From the NCBI GenBank assembly GCA_951406725.2, contig OX597814.1:111786001-111850000 (forward strand): a stretch of DNA of 64,000 nt. The letters are read 5' to 3'. Under the pieces are notes generated by a model. The model ran no database searches. It had not been told where the DNA came from and worked only from the letters and a program-made list of their open reading frames with translations. Below are positions 41,973 through 55,745 of this stretch, in pieces (position 1 is the first letter of the stretch; each line of letters opens with the position of its first letter). The translations under genes were made by a program, and so were the position numbers. This DNA comes from Octopus vulgaris. Taxonomy: Eukaryota.

Positions 41973-42463
41973 GTGGTTGTATTCAATCCCAATACAAGGA
42001 AGAAGACCCCTTGTGCCTTTATTTAAACTTCAGACTAAAAACCCAGCCCAGCAGTAGTTAAAAATTTGCGGTGCGTCGCGCTCGAATGAGCAGCAAAGCC
42101 ACTCACTCATGGCTCGATAGCTTTCTAATCTCGTTTATCTTCTTTCTCCGATGGTTTCACACAAGCGAAGGTGGCCGACGATAAGTGGTTTTATTGCTGG
42201 ATTTATGCTGAGTGTATCGGCAAAGTTAAAATGCTTTTACGGTCTTCTCTGACTTCCTGATTAGTATTTCAGCGCAAGTCTAAACTGCACCACATAAGTG
42301 CCATTATTCTCGTTGCGGCTGCCTTGTGCAGACTTCCGGAAATCTAAGCTCGTTGCTATTACAACCGGTCGATAAGCACTTCGCCCCAAGTTATTATATT
42401 TTTAAGTATATCGCCATCCTTCTTTCCTTTCATCTTTGCGGTCTCACTTCGACATTAGTTGCG

Positions 42464-42478
42464 CTACTACTACTGCTG

Positions 42479-42536
<58 letters not shown>

Positions 42537-42544
42537 CGCTGCTT

Positions 42545-42613
<69 letters not shown>

Positions 42614-42955
42614 GATGCCATTGTCATCATTTCAGTCATCGTCGTTGCTGCCTGGTTGTGGTCGTCACCATCATCAACGGCATGACCATCGATATCCTCA
42701 CCACCACCACCACCACCACCACCACCACCACCACCACCACCATCACCACCACCACCACCACCACCACCATAAACGACATTAATAGCACCGCTATTACAAT
42801 CACGGTCACAGCTACCAACTTCACCAATATCATCATAATCATCATCACTATTACTATCATCACCAACTCCGCCACCATCACTACCACAATCAATACAACT
42901 ACCCTCGTCATTATCATCATCATCATCATCATCATCAACAACAACAACAACAACC
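42464..42955. repeat. Compound (CTA)n/(CAC)n/(CAT)n microsatellite
   Basis: Directly visible. Confidence 0.9.
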
Positions 42956-43029
42956 TCAGCGCTGCCTCCATCACTACTTTTGATAGTCCGAAAAAAAGCC
43001 TGTGTGATATCCAGTAGATCTAATCACGA

Positions 43030-43315
43030 CAACCTCTCCCGAATGTTATAGTTAAGTAGAGAGGTGAGTCATGAAGTTGGCCCCAGGTGGGGATTTGATC
43101 CATTTAGATCAACCTGAAGCTTTCGATCGGATCCGACATCGTTATTTGGCGGTTAACCTTAGAATAACCAGTTTCGGCCGCGTTTCTCGAAGTTGGACCT
43201 CGTCAGTGTACATCGTTATCGGTTTGCTGTTTCAATTAAATGGTCAATTACCGGAACTTGCTCAGTTCGCATTCTCTGAATGTCAAGGATGTCCTCTCTT
43301 GTTTCTCCTGTACTT
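43030..43315 (+). pseudogene. Tx1/L1-like reverse transcriptase fragment
   Basis: LIHLDQPEAFDRIRHRYL...FGR...W...LNGQL...CQGCPL. Confidence 0.7.
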
Positions 43316-43321
43316 TTTGCC

Positions 43322-43680
43322 CTTTTATTTGTTTCAGTCATTAGGCTGCGGCCATGCTGGGGCACCGCCTTGAGGAATTTCTAGTTGAACAAATCAGCTC
43401 CAGTACTTACTGTTTTAAAAGCCTGGTACTTATGCTATCGGTCTCTTTTACGGGGACGTGACCATACCAGCACCGGTTGTCAAGCGGTGGTGAGGAGAAA
43501 GACAGAGAGACGCACACAGACACACACACACACACACACATATGAAGGGCTTCTTTCAGTTTCCGTCTACCAAATCCATTCACAAGACCTTGGTCGACCT
43601 GAGATTATAGTAGAAGACACTTGCCCAAGGTGCCACGCAGTGAGACTGAACCCGGAAGCTTCTTACTGCACAGCCACACT
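43322..43680 (-). mobile_element. SINE family B
   Basis: Consensus match. Confidence 0.82.
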
Positions 43681-43757
43681 GGTTGTAGCTTCTCAACGAT
43701 TGCTGTGAGAGCCAGAAGTATCGAAGAAAATACCACTAGAACTGGGACGGTATACAA

Positions 43758-44586
43758 CAGGGATTTTCTCAACCATTATTTTTGTACCTATGGACCCCTT
43801 TTTTTCCCTCTGTTACTCGAGTGGACCCTCATAGTCATATGATGTTTGAAAAATCCTAGGCTGTGTGGTAAGTAGCTTGCTTACCAACCACATGGTTCCA
43901 GGTTCAGTCCCATTGCGTTGCACGTTGGGCAAGTATCTTCTACTATTGCCTCGGGTCGACCAAAGCCTTGTGAATGAATTTGATAGACGGAAACTGAAAG
44001 AAGCCCGTCGTATATGTGTGTGTGTGTGTGTGTTTGTGTGTCTGTGTTTGTCCCCACCCCATCGCTTGATAACCGATGTCGGTGTGTTTACGTCCCCGTA
44101 ACTTAGCGGTTCGGCAAAAGAGACCCACAGAATAAGTACTAGGCTTTCTAAGAATAAGTCCTGGGGTCGATTTGATCGATTAAAGGCGGTACTCCAGCAT
44201 GGCCGCAGTCAAATGACTAAAACAAGTAAAACAGTAATTTTTTTTGGTTAATATTATTAGGAATTGTAAAGAAAAAAATTAAAATAGTTTGCGTAATGTA
44301 GAATTATTTCTTTTCTACTCTAGGCACAAGGCCCGACATTTTTGGGGATCAGATCGACCCCAGTACGCAGCTGATACTTTATTTATCGATTCCAAAAGGA
44401 TGAAAGGCTAAGTCGGCCTCGGCGGAATTTGAACTCAGAATATAATGACAGACGAATTACCACTAAGCGTTTCGCCCGGTGTGCTAAGGTTTCTGCCAGT
44501 ATAACCTGTTTATTGCACGTGAATTTTAACAGCAAAATCTTATATGTATCCCCGAGGGTCAAATGGGCACCGGTTGAGAACCACTG
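43758..44586 (+). mobile_element. hAT-like MITE containing nested SINE B (43858-44235, plus) and SINE A (44308-44499, minus)
   Basis: Ends cagggattttctcaacc and ggttgagaaccactg; related to 45399-45622 and 59811-60151. Confidence 0.7.
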
Positions 44587-45398
44587 GATACAGAGAATAT
44601 CACCACCCTGCTGTGCGACAAATTGGGAATCCAAGCGGTTAACACCATACTGAAGGAATGCAAGATGTTAACCAGGACAAGTCTGTGAACTGGCAACTCG
44701 TTACCCGGAGAGGCAAGTCCACACTGGTCTGCGTCGTGGTTTACTGTCCCATGCCTTATTAAGAAGCTCTGGTCTAGTTCAGGTCTGATGTCCATGTAGA
44801 TAGAAACTGAGACAAGGTTAGGAGCGGGAAAGTGAATCTCACTCAGAGATGGGCTGAAAGGAAGCTAACTTTCAAAGGTCCATCGTGTCGGTAGATTCTT
44901 ACCAGCCGACTGTTATGTTTTGCTCCAGTTTTTATCAGATCAAATCAGAACGTTTACCATTTGACTTTTCGTAAAAGAGACATGCTTCACTAGTCAGGTG
45001 GTTCATCTGCTTTTTGAACCGGCTATCGAGATGGGTTTTGATGATGCATGTGTTGAGACTGCGGCACCTATAAATATTCTTGGACAGCGAACAAGACATT
45101 TTATCACGGCTTTTATCTTTGCCAGGACATCAGTCATAGATCAAGCGATGTTGTTTGTGCGTCTATCATTTTAAACGTTATGCACCTGATAGGTAATGCA
45201 GCGGGTGGGAAAAATACTTAGCGGCGTTTCATCCATCCTTATGTTCTGAGTTCATATTCCGCCGAGGTCGACTTTCCCTTTCATCCATTCGCGATCGATG
45301 AAATAAGTGCCAGTTCAGTACCGGGGTCAATGTAATTGACTAGCCTCCTCACCCAAAATTCCAGGCCTTGTGCCTTAAGTAGAAAGGATTATATAGAG

Positions 45399-45622
45399 CA
45401 GTGGTTTACAACCCCACTGATTCCCATTGTACCCTGCGGGAACCCCATGTTAAAAAAATCTTATATTTTTATTATCAATTATTATTGAGAATTGTATATA
45501 GAATGGTTATGAAAATACTTTGTGTATTGTAGAAGTAGGACCAATTTATTGCAGATAAACTTTAACAACAAAATCTTATGTGGAACTCCAAGGTTCTTAT
45601 GGACTCTGGTTGAGAGTTACTG
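45399..45622 (+). mobile_element. hAT/Charlie-like MITE
   Basis: Ends cagtggtttacaacc and ggttgagagttactg; 8-bp flanks atatagag/gtgtagag. Confidence 0.65.
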
Positions 45623-45729
45623 GTGTAGAGGATTAGCAGCGGGTAGAAGTGATGGCGTTTTCGGGGATTCTGAAAGTCAGCGAGAATCACCTGAGATATC
45701 CGCTCCTGAAGAACTCCTTCTGGAGACTA

Positions 45730-46148
45730 CTCTCTTTTACTCCTTTACTTGTTTCAGTCATTTGACTGTGGCCATGCTGGAGCACCGCCTTTAGTCGAGC
45801 AAATCAACCCCAGGACTTTGTAAGCCTAGTACTTATTCTATCGGTCTCTTTTGCCGAACCGCTAAGTTACGGGGACGTAAACATACCAGCATCGGTTGTC
45901 AAGCGATGTTGGGGGGGGGAACAAACGCAGACAAACACACATACACACAAACACACACACACACATATATATATATGCACATATATACGACGGGCTTCTT
46001 TCAGTTTCCGTATACCAAATTCACTCACAAGGCTTTGGTCAGCCCGATGCTATAGTAGAAAACACTTGACCAAGGTGTCACGCATTGGGACTGAACCCGG
46101 AACCATGTGGTTCGTAAGCAAGCTACGTATCACACAGCTACTCCTATG
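45730..46148 (-). mobile_element. SINE family B, full length
   Basis: Consensus match. Confidence 0.9.
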
Positions 46149-46310
46149 CCTATGAACAATTACCAGAAACCCCTGTTTTGGTAGTGTAAACGAAATGCTT
46201 TGTCGGTTCGAAAAGTGCTGTCAGCCATGCCTGGTCGAGATGTTGGCAGGGCAACAAGACTGTTTTGTCGGCCCTCGAGATTTTCTTGAAGTACCATTTA
46301 GAGAGAGAAG

Positions 46311-46341
<31 letters not shown>

Positions 46342-46647
46342 CGAAAGAGAAAGAGAGAAAGAGAGAGAGAACATGCATTTTCCTATTTATTTACTGAAAG
46401 ATTAATGAGAGTGGGAAGTATGGCCCGACCGCATGGGCTTATTCTCAACATGCGCCTGTAGGCTGGGGGAACATCAGCTGGGAGAGCGGGGTTTTCGTAA
46501 TAAAGATAAAGCAATGTCTGTAATCTTAATTATACAAATTATATTAACTGAGGACTGGGGTTGAAGATTCATAGAGCAGGCTGGAGTAGCAATTAATCAG
46601 GTGGGCATTTTAAGGTAACAGTTCTTCAGGTGATCCTTATTATATTT

Positions 46648-46687
<40 letters not shown>

Positions 46688-46817
46688 CTCTTCTTCTTCT
46701 TCTTCTTCTTCTTCTTCTTCTTCTTCTTCTTCTTCTTCTTCTTCTTCTTCTTCTTCTTCTTCTTCTTCTTCTTCTTCTTCTTCTTCTTCTTCTTCTTCTT
46801 CTTCTTCTTCTTCTTCT
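46648..46817. repeat. (ATC)n plus (TTC)n microsatellite
   Basis: Directly visible. Confidence 0.95.
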
Positions 46818-47044
46818 TTTAATTCTAATTCTGTTTCCATTTCTATAACGCACTGTATACATTGGTAGGCCATTAAAATAAACATACCGGACTTTTCATT
46901 TACAAAGTCAAGTTATGTGATATATAAAAAAAAGGGAAGAAAAAAAGAAGAAAGAAAAGAAACAAAAGATAAAAAATAGTAAAAAGAAGTAGAAAAAGTA
47001 AAACAGAAAACAAAGAAAATAAAGAGAGAAAAAAAGGAAAGAAA

Positions 47045-47395
47045 ATTCACAATAATTTTCAGTTCCTTTTTTGATCATTCCAAGTGATCCTATAATCACT
47101 GGTATCGTAACTGTCTTAAGATGTTACATTTTTTTATTTCAATCAGTAAATTTTTATATTTTCTGAGGTCATCAAATTCTTTTGTCGAAGTATTATGATC
47201 ACAAGGAATGCTCATGTCAATCAATAAACAGATTTTATCGTTTTGTTCTTTCGCAATAATATCTCGTTTATTAGCCTTGATGGCTCTATCTGTAAGTACT
47301 GGAAAGTCCCAAAGAATCGTTACATTTTCTCCCTCAGTTACAGCCTAAGGGTGGTGCCTGTATCCGCTGTCAGCAGTTTTGATTTTATAAATTTC
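47045..47395 (-). pseudogene. R4/Dong-like restriction-like endonuclease fragment 1
   Basis: ENVTILWDFPVLTDRAIKANKRDII...CLLIDMSIPCD...KYKNLLIEIKKM...TIPVIIGSLGMIKKG. Confidence 0.85.
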
Positions 47396-47399
47396 CTTC

Positions 47400-48300
<901 letters not shown>

Positions 48301-48324
48301 ATCTTATTTATTTATTCATTTATT

Positions 48325-49260
<936 letters not shown>

Positions 49261-49264
49261 CTAA

Positions 49265-49450
49265 GGCGGCGGGCTGGCAGAATCATTAGCACGCCGGGCG
49301 AAATGTTTAGCGGTATTTCATCTGCTGTTACGTTCCGAGTTCAAATTCAGCCGAGGTCGACTTCGCCTTTCATCCTTTCAGGGTCGATTAAATAAATACC
49401 AGTTACGCACTGAGGTTGATGTAATCGACTTAATCCTTTTGTCTGTCCTT
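49265..49450 (+). mobile_element. SINE family A monomer, 3'-truncated
   Basis: Consensus match. Confidence 0.85.
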
Positions 49451-49914
49451 ATATTTTATTGTATTGTGTTGCCGTCTTCGCAGCTTCTTTCTCTTCTCCT
49501 CTGTCAGATGAAATCAGAATTGCTTCCAACATACTCTTCCATATTACGTTTTGCATCTCTTTACTGTCTTCTACTGGCATCAGTCCTCTCCCACCTCCTT
49601 CCGTGGCAGGTATATTCTATTGGCACTGTCCCTGGGATTATGTATTTACAAATCAATGCGGATAAAGAAAGTTAGCTTATCAGATCATTAGAATATCATG
49701 ATTACATTAATTCTTCAACGCTGACATGCACTGATTTGTAAATATACAATTTTATTGATAATGCGTAGTATGCGTATTAGTGCGTACATATAAAATAATT
49801 TGTTATATACTGAACCTATTACATGATGAAGGTTGCGAAACGGGTGTAATCCTGCGGATGTAAAACGGTTAAATAAATATATTCACTTCTCATACCCACA
49901 GAATTTTTATGATT

Positions 49915-50230
49915 TCTGTGTGTACATTGGTGCAACTGAAGACACCATGAAAAATCGTCTGCGTAACCCTCTCACGTCATTTTTTCAATGGAAACGAAAG
50001 GCATTGCTCATCATTATCTAACATCATCTGGAGGCTCAAACGGAATGGGGTGGAATATACAACTAACTGGTCTATAATAAAAAGTGCTAGACCATCCAAT
50101 AGAACATTGTGGGGTGTGTAACTTATGTCTAGAGGAAACTGGGGATCATCACAGTCAGGGAACACATAATGAAGAAGCGTTCCGAAGTAATTGTATCATG
50201 CGAACATAAGATCAAAGAATCCATCCTAGA
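49915..50230 (+). pseudogene. Penelope-like element GIY-YIG endonuclease fragment
   Basis: VYIGATEDTMKNRLRN..TSF...LSNIIWRLKRNGVEYTTNWSIIKSARP...CNLCLEE...KKRSEVIVSCEH; preceded by decayed hammerhead-like attac-ATGATGA-A..GAAA..gtaat (49818-49850) and AATAAA. Confidence 0.85.
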
Positions 50231-50887
50231 ATTCGAAGAGAACATTACAAAACAGAGAAATACCAAGCATCATTAGCATCTAACTGAACAAGAGAAGAAC
50301 TTATAAACGAACTAAACAAAACAAACATAAAAAACATTGTATTTCTGTTATATCATTGTACCATCAGAAGTAATTAAAAGGACCCTTTAAGAGAACATCA
50401 TTTGTTAACTCAGACAAAACAGTTTGCTTTCTGGCCGTATAACATCAGAATTCGTTGAGGAAGTGCCTGCTGTGACTAAGGTCATAACCAATGACCTATA
50501 CTACATAACCCAACATGTACACACACAAATATCAAAACAAGTCTAGCCTCACGAACTCTAGCGAACCCTGGCTATCGCTCAGGGTGCCGGGTGATCGCGA
50601 CTGAGGGTTAGTCAACCAGTTCGAAACTGATTCTCTCTCGCGATCCCGTTGTCTGCTAGAGGATGGTAGGGGGGGTTAGCTCCCCCACCCTCACTAGCAA
50701 TATATAGAGTATATAAAGGGTGCAGCGTCGACCGATAATCAACTAGAGGAAGATCTGCCTGGGGTTAAACTAATAGTAACCTGGAACTGTCACTTTCACA
50801 TGGCGATTGACTTGTTTGTATTCTTACTACTCTGATCTCTTCTTGAGATTTTACAATTAGCTATTTTGCTTATATATACATACAGGA

Positions 50888-50927
<40 letters not shown>

Positions 50928-51545
50928 CCAAGTAAGTTTTATCTTAATAATTACGATGCGCACTCTTATTCTATCTCTTTTCTGTCTATCTATCTCCCTC
51001 TCTTGTTCTTCCTTTCTGTTTTTCTCTTCCACCCTTCCCCTATTCTCTTCCTCTCCTTTTCACCGTTCCCTCTCTCTCTTTCTCTTTCACTCTTGCTCCT
51101 TGACTCTCTCGTTGCTCACACGTGACCAACAGCCATTCTCTCTTTCTTCTACTTCCTTCCTAAAGACAAGACGTGTTTTTATCTGTCTCTTCTCAAAGCT
51201 CGTTTTTCCAGCTTTCACCACTTCACATCTTCTTGGCTTAACAGCCCTCACCGTTTTTCTTTACTGTTTTGTTCTCATTATCCTGTTTTTGTCACCACTT
51301 TCACTCTCCTCAAAAAATCTTGAAGGACTCTTTTAACGAAGTTACGTCTTTTTCTTACCTTCGAAAACGCGGAGTAGATAAAACAGGGGACAACTGACGA
51401 AGGGAATGTTCTTTATGTTACCTGTCACGTTTCTCTGTTTGTTCTTTTCGTTCGAAAAAAGTTCGTTTTCTGTTTTTGTTCATTATGTTCTCGTTTTTCA
51501 TTCTGTCCACATTTTTGATGTCCTGTACCCATATATGCATGTATA
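50928..51545 (+). mobile_element. Non-coding retroelement (CT-rich body, cacgtgacc motif, decayed permuted hammerhead)
   Basis: Same layout as the 61756-62548 unit; 3' end tcctgtaccca..tatgca shared with 60340-60440; TA-microsatellite flanks. Confidence 0.6.
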
Positions 51546-51939
51546 TATACATATATATGTAGGTATGTGCATATATGTATGTATATATGCATATATTTAT
51601 ATATTATTTATATCATTATATACATATACATATATAGTTATGGTATTTTCTGTAAAGAACGTAGCAGAGCACAGTAGAGAGATCGTACACCTTCAGATTT
51701 ACCCTGTGCTATCCACATGTAGTATTACACGTACTTGCAGGTTTGCGTTTGGGCATCTGTCGTGTGTGAATAAGTAATTGAAGAAATTGGAGTTAACAAG
51801 AAGGAATACGGTTGGACATTTATTTTTTAATCACTACAATTGTTTCGGCGCAGTGTAGATCTCCAGGTGTATAGGTACTTGATTATATATATCTGCACTT
51901 AATTATATGTATACTTAATTATATATAAGTATATATGTG

Positions 51940-52026
<87 letters not shown>

Positions 52027-53204
52027 AATGGCACCGCGAGTGTCGCGTTGCTCTCAAGCAACTCTACCGCCCTGGGTCGACCTTGAGTGACTTCAACACA
52101 ACCAAAACATTCTATAGGGGATTAGTGGAGGGGAGGTACGACGACGAGCTCGGGGCGAACCTGGACGTCGACGAGGAGTACCTGACCCGCCTGTTCAGGA
52201 CGACTTTCGGGCCAGGGCCCATGGACAACTTCCAGAAATCCCTGGCCTGGCAGTGTTACCAAGAAGCGCTACCCGTTCGGGATAAGCTCTACAGACACGG
52301 CTCGAGAAACACGGGGCCGACCTGCCCGAGATGCGGTCAGAGCGACGAAACCGTTCTGCACGCACTCGTGCAGTGTCCAACAATTTCCGACCTGTGGGTT
52401 TGTGTCGAACAACTGCTGTCACGTGTGGGACGAGTCGGTTTATCAGCTGAGTCTATCGTCAATATTGTCACGCCTCCTTCCTTCAAACGAGAAGGAAGAG
52501 CTATTTTTATCATCCTTGTGGCTATGGCGAAAGAATGTATCTGGTGGACGCGTCTGAAAGGATTGGAGACAAACACTTTCCTCTCTGTTCAATCTCTCAT
52601 CAACTTCTTCAAGTACCACTTGAAAAGGAAAGTGAGAGTAGAGAGGCAAGTTTTGTCTAGCGAATGTTTTAAAAAAAGATGGGTGAATGTAGCAAGGATG
52701 GCACGTATGAATGACGAAGCCACCTTGAGCATAATCCTATGAACCCAGAAATTGAAAACAGAGGGTTACCCACTTGCAAACAAATGTGGTAACATATAAC
52801 AATATTGACCAAGGTTACCGTGGTCTTTTTCGTAGGCTTTTCTTCCCACGGTTAAACCTTACTTGCTTTCCCCTTTACACCATATATCATAACACTGTGA
52901 TACACGATCCCTATTGATCGTTCTTTTTTTTTTTTCCTCTTCCCCCTTTTTCCCCTTTTTTCTTCTTTTTTCATTTCTCTTTTTTTTTGTTCCTTTTCCT
53001 TTTCTTTTTCTTTTTTTTTATTCTTTTTATTTTTTCTTTTTCTTTTTTTTGTTCTTTTCTTCCCTTTTACGATCCCTCTTGATCGAAAACCTACGCCACC
53101 CCTTTTTTTTTCTTTTGTTTTTTGTTTTTTCATCCCCCAAAAGAAAAGCTCTACCTTGTAACTTGTCCCATCTGTGTGCAGCCCTGTGTGGCCAATAAAG
53201 AAAC

Positions 53205-53205
<1 letters not shown>
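52027..53205 (+). mobile_element. Tx1/L1-clade LINE 3' fragment inserted in (TATC)n
   Basis: Open ORF2 C-terminus, T-rich 3' UTR, tail gccctgtgtggccaataaagaaac; (TATC)n on both sides. Confidence 0.9.
52083..52742 (+). pseudogene. C-terminal zinc-binding (zf-RVT-like) part of LINE ORF2; frame open but 5'-truncated
   Basis: AWQCYQEALPVRDKL...CPRCGQSDETVLHALVQCP...LW...AKECIWWTR. Confidence 0.88.
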
Positions 53206-53293
<88 letters not shown>

Positions 53294-53305
53294 ATCTATC
53301 TATCC

Positions 53306-53375
<70 letters not shown>

Positions 53376-53415
53376 ATATCTGTCTATCTATCTTATCTGT
53401 CTGTCTGTCTATTTG

Positions 53416-53506
<91 letters not shown>

Positions 53507-53551
53507 GTATAAACACATACATATATACATACGCACACACACTCACAGATA

Positions 53552-54470
53552 TTGTGTAATTCCATAAATAATGCAGTTTTTTCCATTGCATAAACTAAAA
53601 GTAGTTGGACGATGGGATAAACTACCTGCATCAAATTGCTATAAAAACAGGCAGTAATTTTACCTTGTCCTTATTCTTAGTGCAAGTTTTGAAGAGTGCA
53701 GTCCGATTTTAAGAGTTATTTTTTCAAAGCTATATTGGAAGTGACAAAGGAGCATATTTAGTATATTTTGCTTTATGAGTTCAATAAAGGCAACAACGCA
53801 ACGGAAAGTGCGAGGAATATTAATGCAGTATATGGGGATCAGACAATAAGTGTAAGTCAGTGTCAACGGTTGTTCCAGAAATTCCGAGCGGGAAACTACA
53901 GCGTAGAAGACGAGCCTCGTCCTGGAAGATCTGTGGAGCTCAATGAGGATTTCCTGCAAACCCTGGTGGAACAAAATCCCATTGTAACTGTTGAGGAACT
54001 TGCAGAGAAGCTTGTTTCGGTCATTCAACCAGTCATCGACACCTACGCTAGAAAAAAAAGGGACCATCTTTGGTTTCAAGACGAAAGGCGTTATTTCATC
54101 AGGATAATGCTCGCCCACATACGGCGAGGATGACATTCCAAAGGCTGGAGTAGTTTGAATGGGAAATGATACCCCATCCATCATATTCGCCCGACATTGC
54201 CCCATCTGATTATCATTTATTCTGCAGTCTTCAAAATCATTTGGACAGAAAAATATGAATTCTGTAGACGAAGTCAGAACAGTTTTGGAGAAGTAATTTT
54301 CGTCACAGACAAATGAATTTTGGAAGAGGGGCCTTGCAAGTCTACCAGATAGATAGAAGAGCATTGTTGAAAATGAAGGAGAATATATTTTAGATCCAAA
54401 AGAAAACTTTATCTTAATTTTTAAAAATAAAAAAAAAGTATAAAGAACCTGCATTATTTATCGGGATGAC

Positions 54471-54474
<4 letters not shown>
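53552..54474 (+). mobile_element. Mariner (DD34D) element, internally deleted
   Basis: TA-flanked imperfect TIRs ttgtgtaattccataaataatgcag / ctgcattatttatcgggatgacccaa; LYEFNKGNNATESARNINAVYG, EDEPRPGR, HQDNARPH, HPSYSPDIAPSDYHLF. Confidence 0.9.
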
Positions 54475-54550
<76 letters not shown>

Positions 54551-54554
<4 letters not shown>

Positions 54555-55745
54555 AACGGAAGCATGATAAAGGAACGAACGGAAAATTCATACACAAGAC
54601 ATGGACTCTTTTCTCGTCAATTATCGTCCTAAGAATCATTGCAGTTTCATGCCTTTAACCATAATATTTTAAAGTTTTGGTGGCTTTAACAGCAAAAAGC
54701 TGTTGGGAATAATGAGCGAACGTGGAGGGGAGTGACAAAAACAAACACGACACATGTAGTGAGTACGGATATAAATATATAAGCAAAATAAAGACCGTGC
54801 AGCTGTAAGACAGTGATAGGACGTGACGAGTGTAGAAGTAATGCAATGGAAAATGATGTCCTTTGAGACTGGAAAAGGAAAGTGGAAAGATAAAGAGATA
54901 GAACAGGATGTGGAACAACGAAAAAATCAACAACAAAAACAAATTCCGGGTTGAAAGTGGAGGAGAAAGCGAGAGGCCAGGTGAAGGGTGACAAGTCAGT
55001 GGTCAAGCGAAAAGAGAATGTCGGAAGGAGAAAAGGGGATGGTCACAGGTCACATGATAGCGGGACAAGGGGGAGAAGGAGAAAAAGTTATGAAGGGCAG
55101 AGAAAAAGGCTGAGAAGGAGTAGATATATTTCTTTATTGCCCACAAGGGGCTAAACATAGAGGGGACAAACAAGGACAGACAAAGGGATTAAGTCGATTA
55201 AATCGACCCCAGTGCGAAACTGGTACTTTATTTATCGACCCCGAAAGGATGAAAGGCAAAATCGATCTCGGCGGAATTTGAACTCATAACGTAACGACAG
55301 ACGAAATACCTATTTCTTTATTACCCACAAGGGGCTAAACATAGAGGGGACAAACAAGGACAGACATAGGTATTAAGTCGATTACATCGACCCCAGTGCG
55401 TAACTGGTACTTAATTTATCGACCCCGAAAGGATGAAAGGCAAAGTCGACCTCAGCGGAATTTGAACTCACAACATAACGGCAGACGAAATACGGCTACG
55501 CATTTCGCCCGGCCTGAGAAGATGGGTAGATAGAAAGGAAGGCTGATAGACGGGATAGTTGAGAGAAAGGGAATGAGGGAGGGGTGCGCAAAAAGAGAGG
55601 AGGAAGGTGAATAATAAAGATGAATAATAAAGTGAAGCGGGTAGACAGAATAGTAAAGTGAAGCGGGTAGACAGAAAAATCAACAGAGGTGGTGAGAGAG
55701 GGAAGAGAAAGAAAAGGCAATGTAAAACGAAATTGACAGCATTTG
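54551..55745 (-). mobile_element. Non-coding retroelement (relative of 2280-2585) with a SINE A inserted
   Basis: CT-rich body on the minus strand, catgtgacc motif, decayed permuted hammerhead at 54614-54686; distal boundary uncertain. Confidence 0.55.
55127..55513 (-). mobile_element. SINE family A dimer, 5'-truncated, ending in the Tx1-like tail
   Basis: Imperfect TSD ctgagaag..gtagata (55110-55126 and 55514-55532). Confidence 0.88.

Noticed and set aside
42326-43017. Mucin-like poly-Thr / poly-Leu ORFs
   Set aside because: Compound triplet microsatellite that is open in several frames on both strands.
44590-45180. Possible old LINE RT fragment on the minus strand
   Set aside because: Only a faint KAWD-like motif; too decayed to call.
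53660-54454. 264-aa minus-strand ORF
   Set aside because: Antisense shadow of the mariner transposase remnant.
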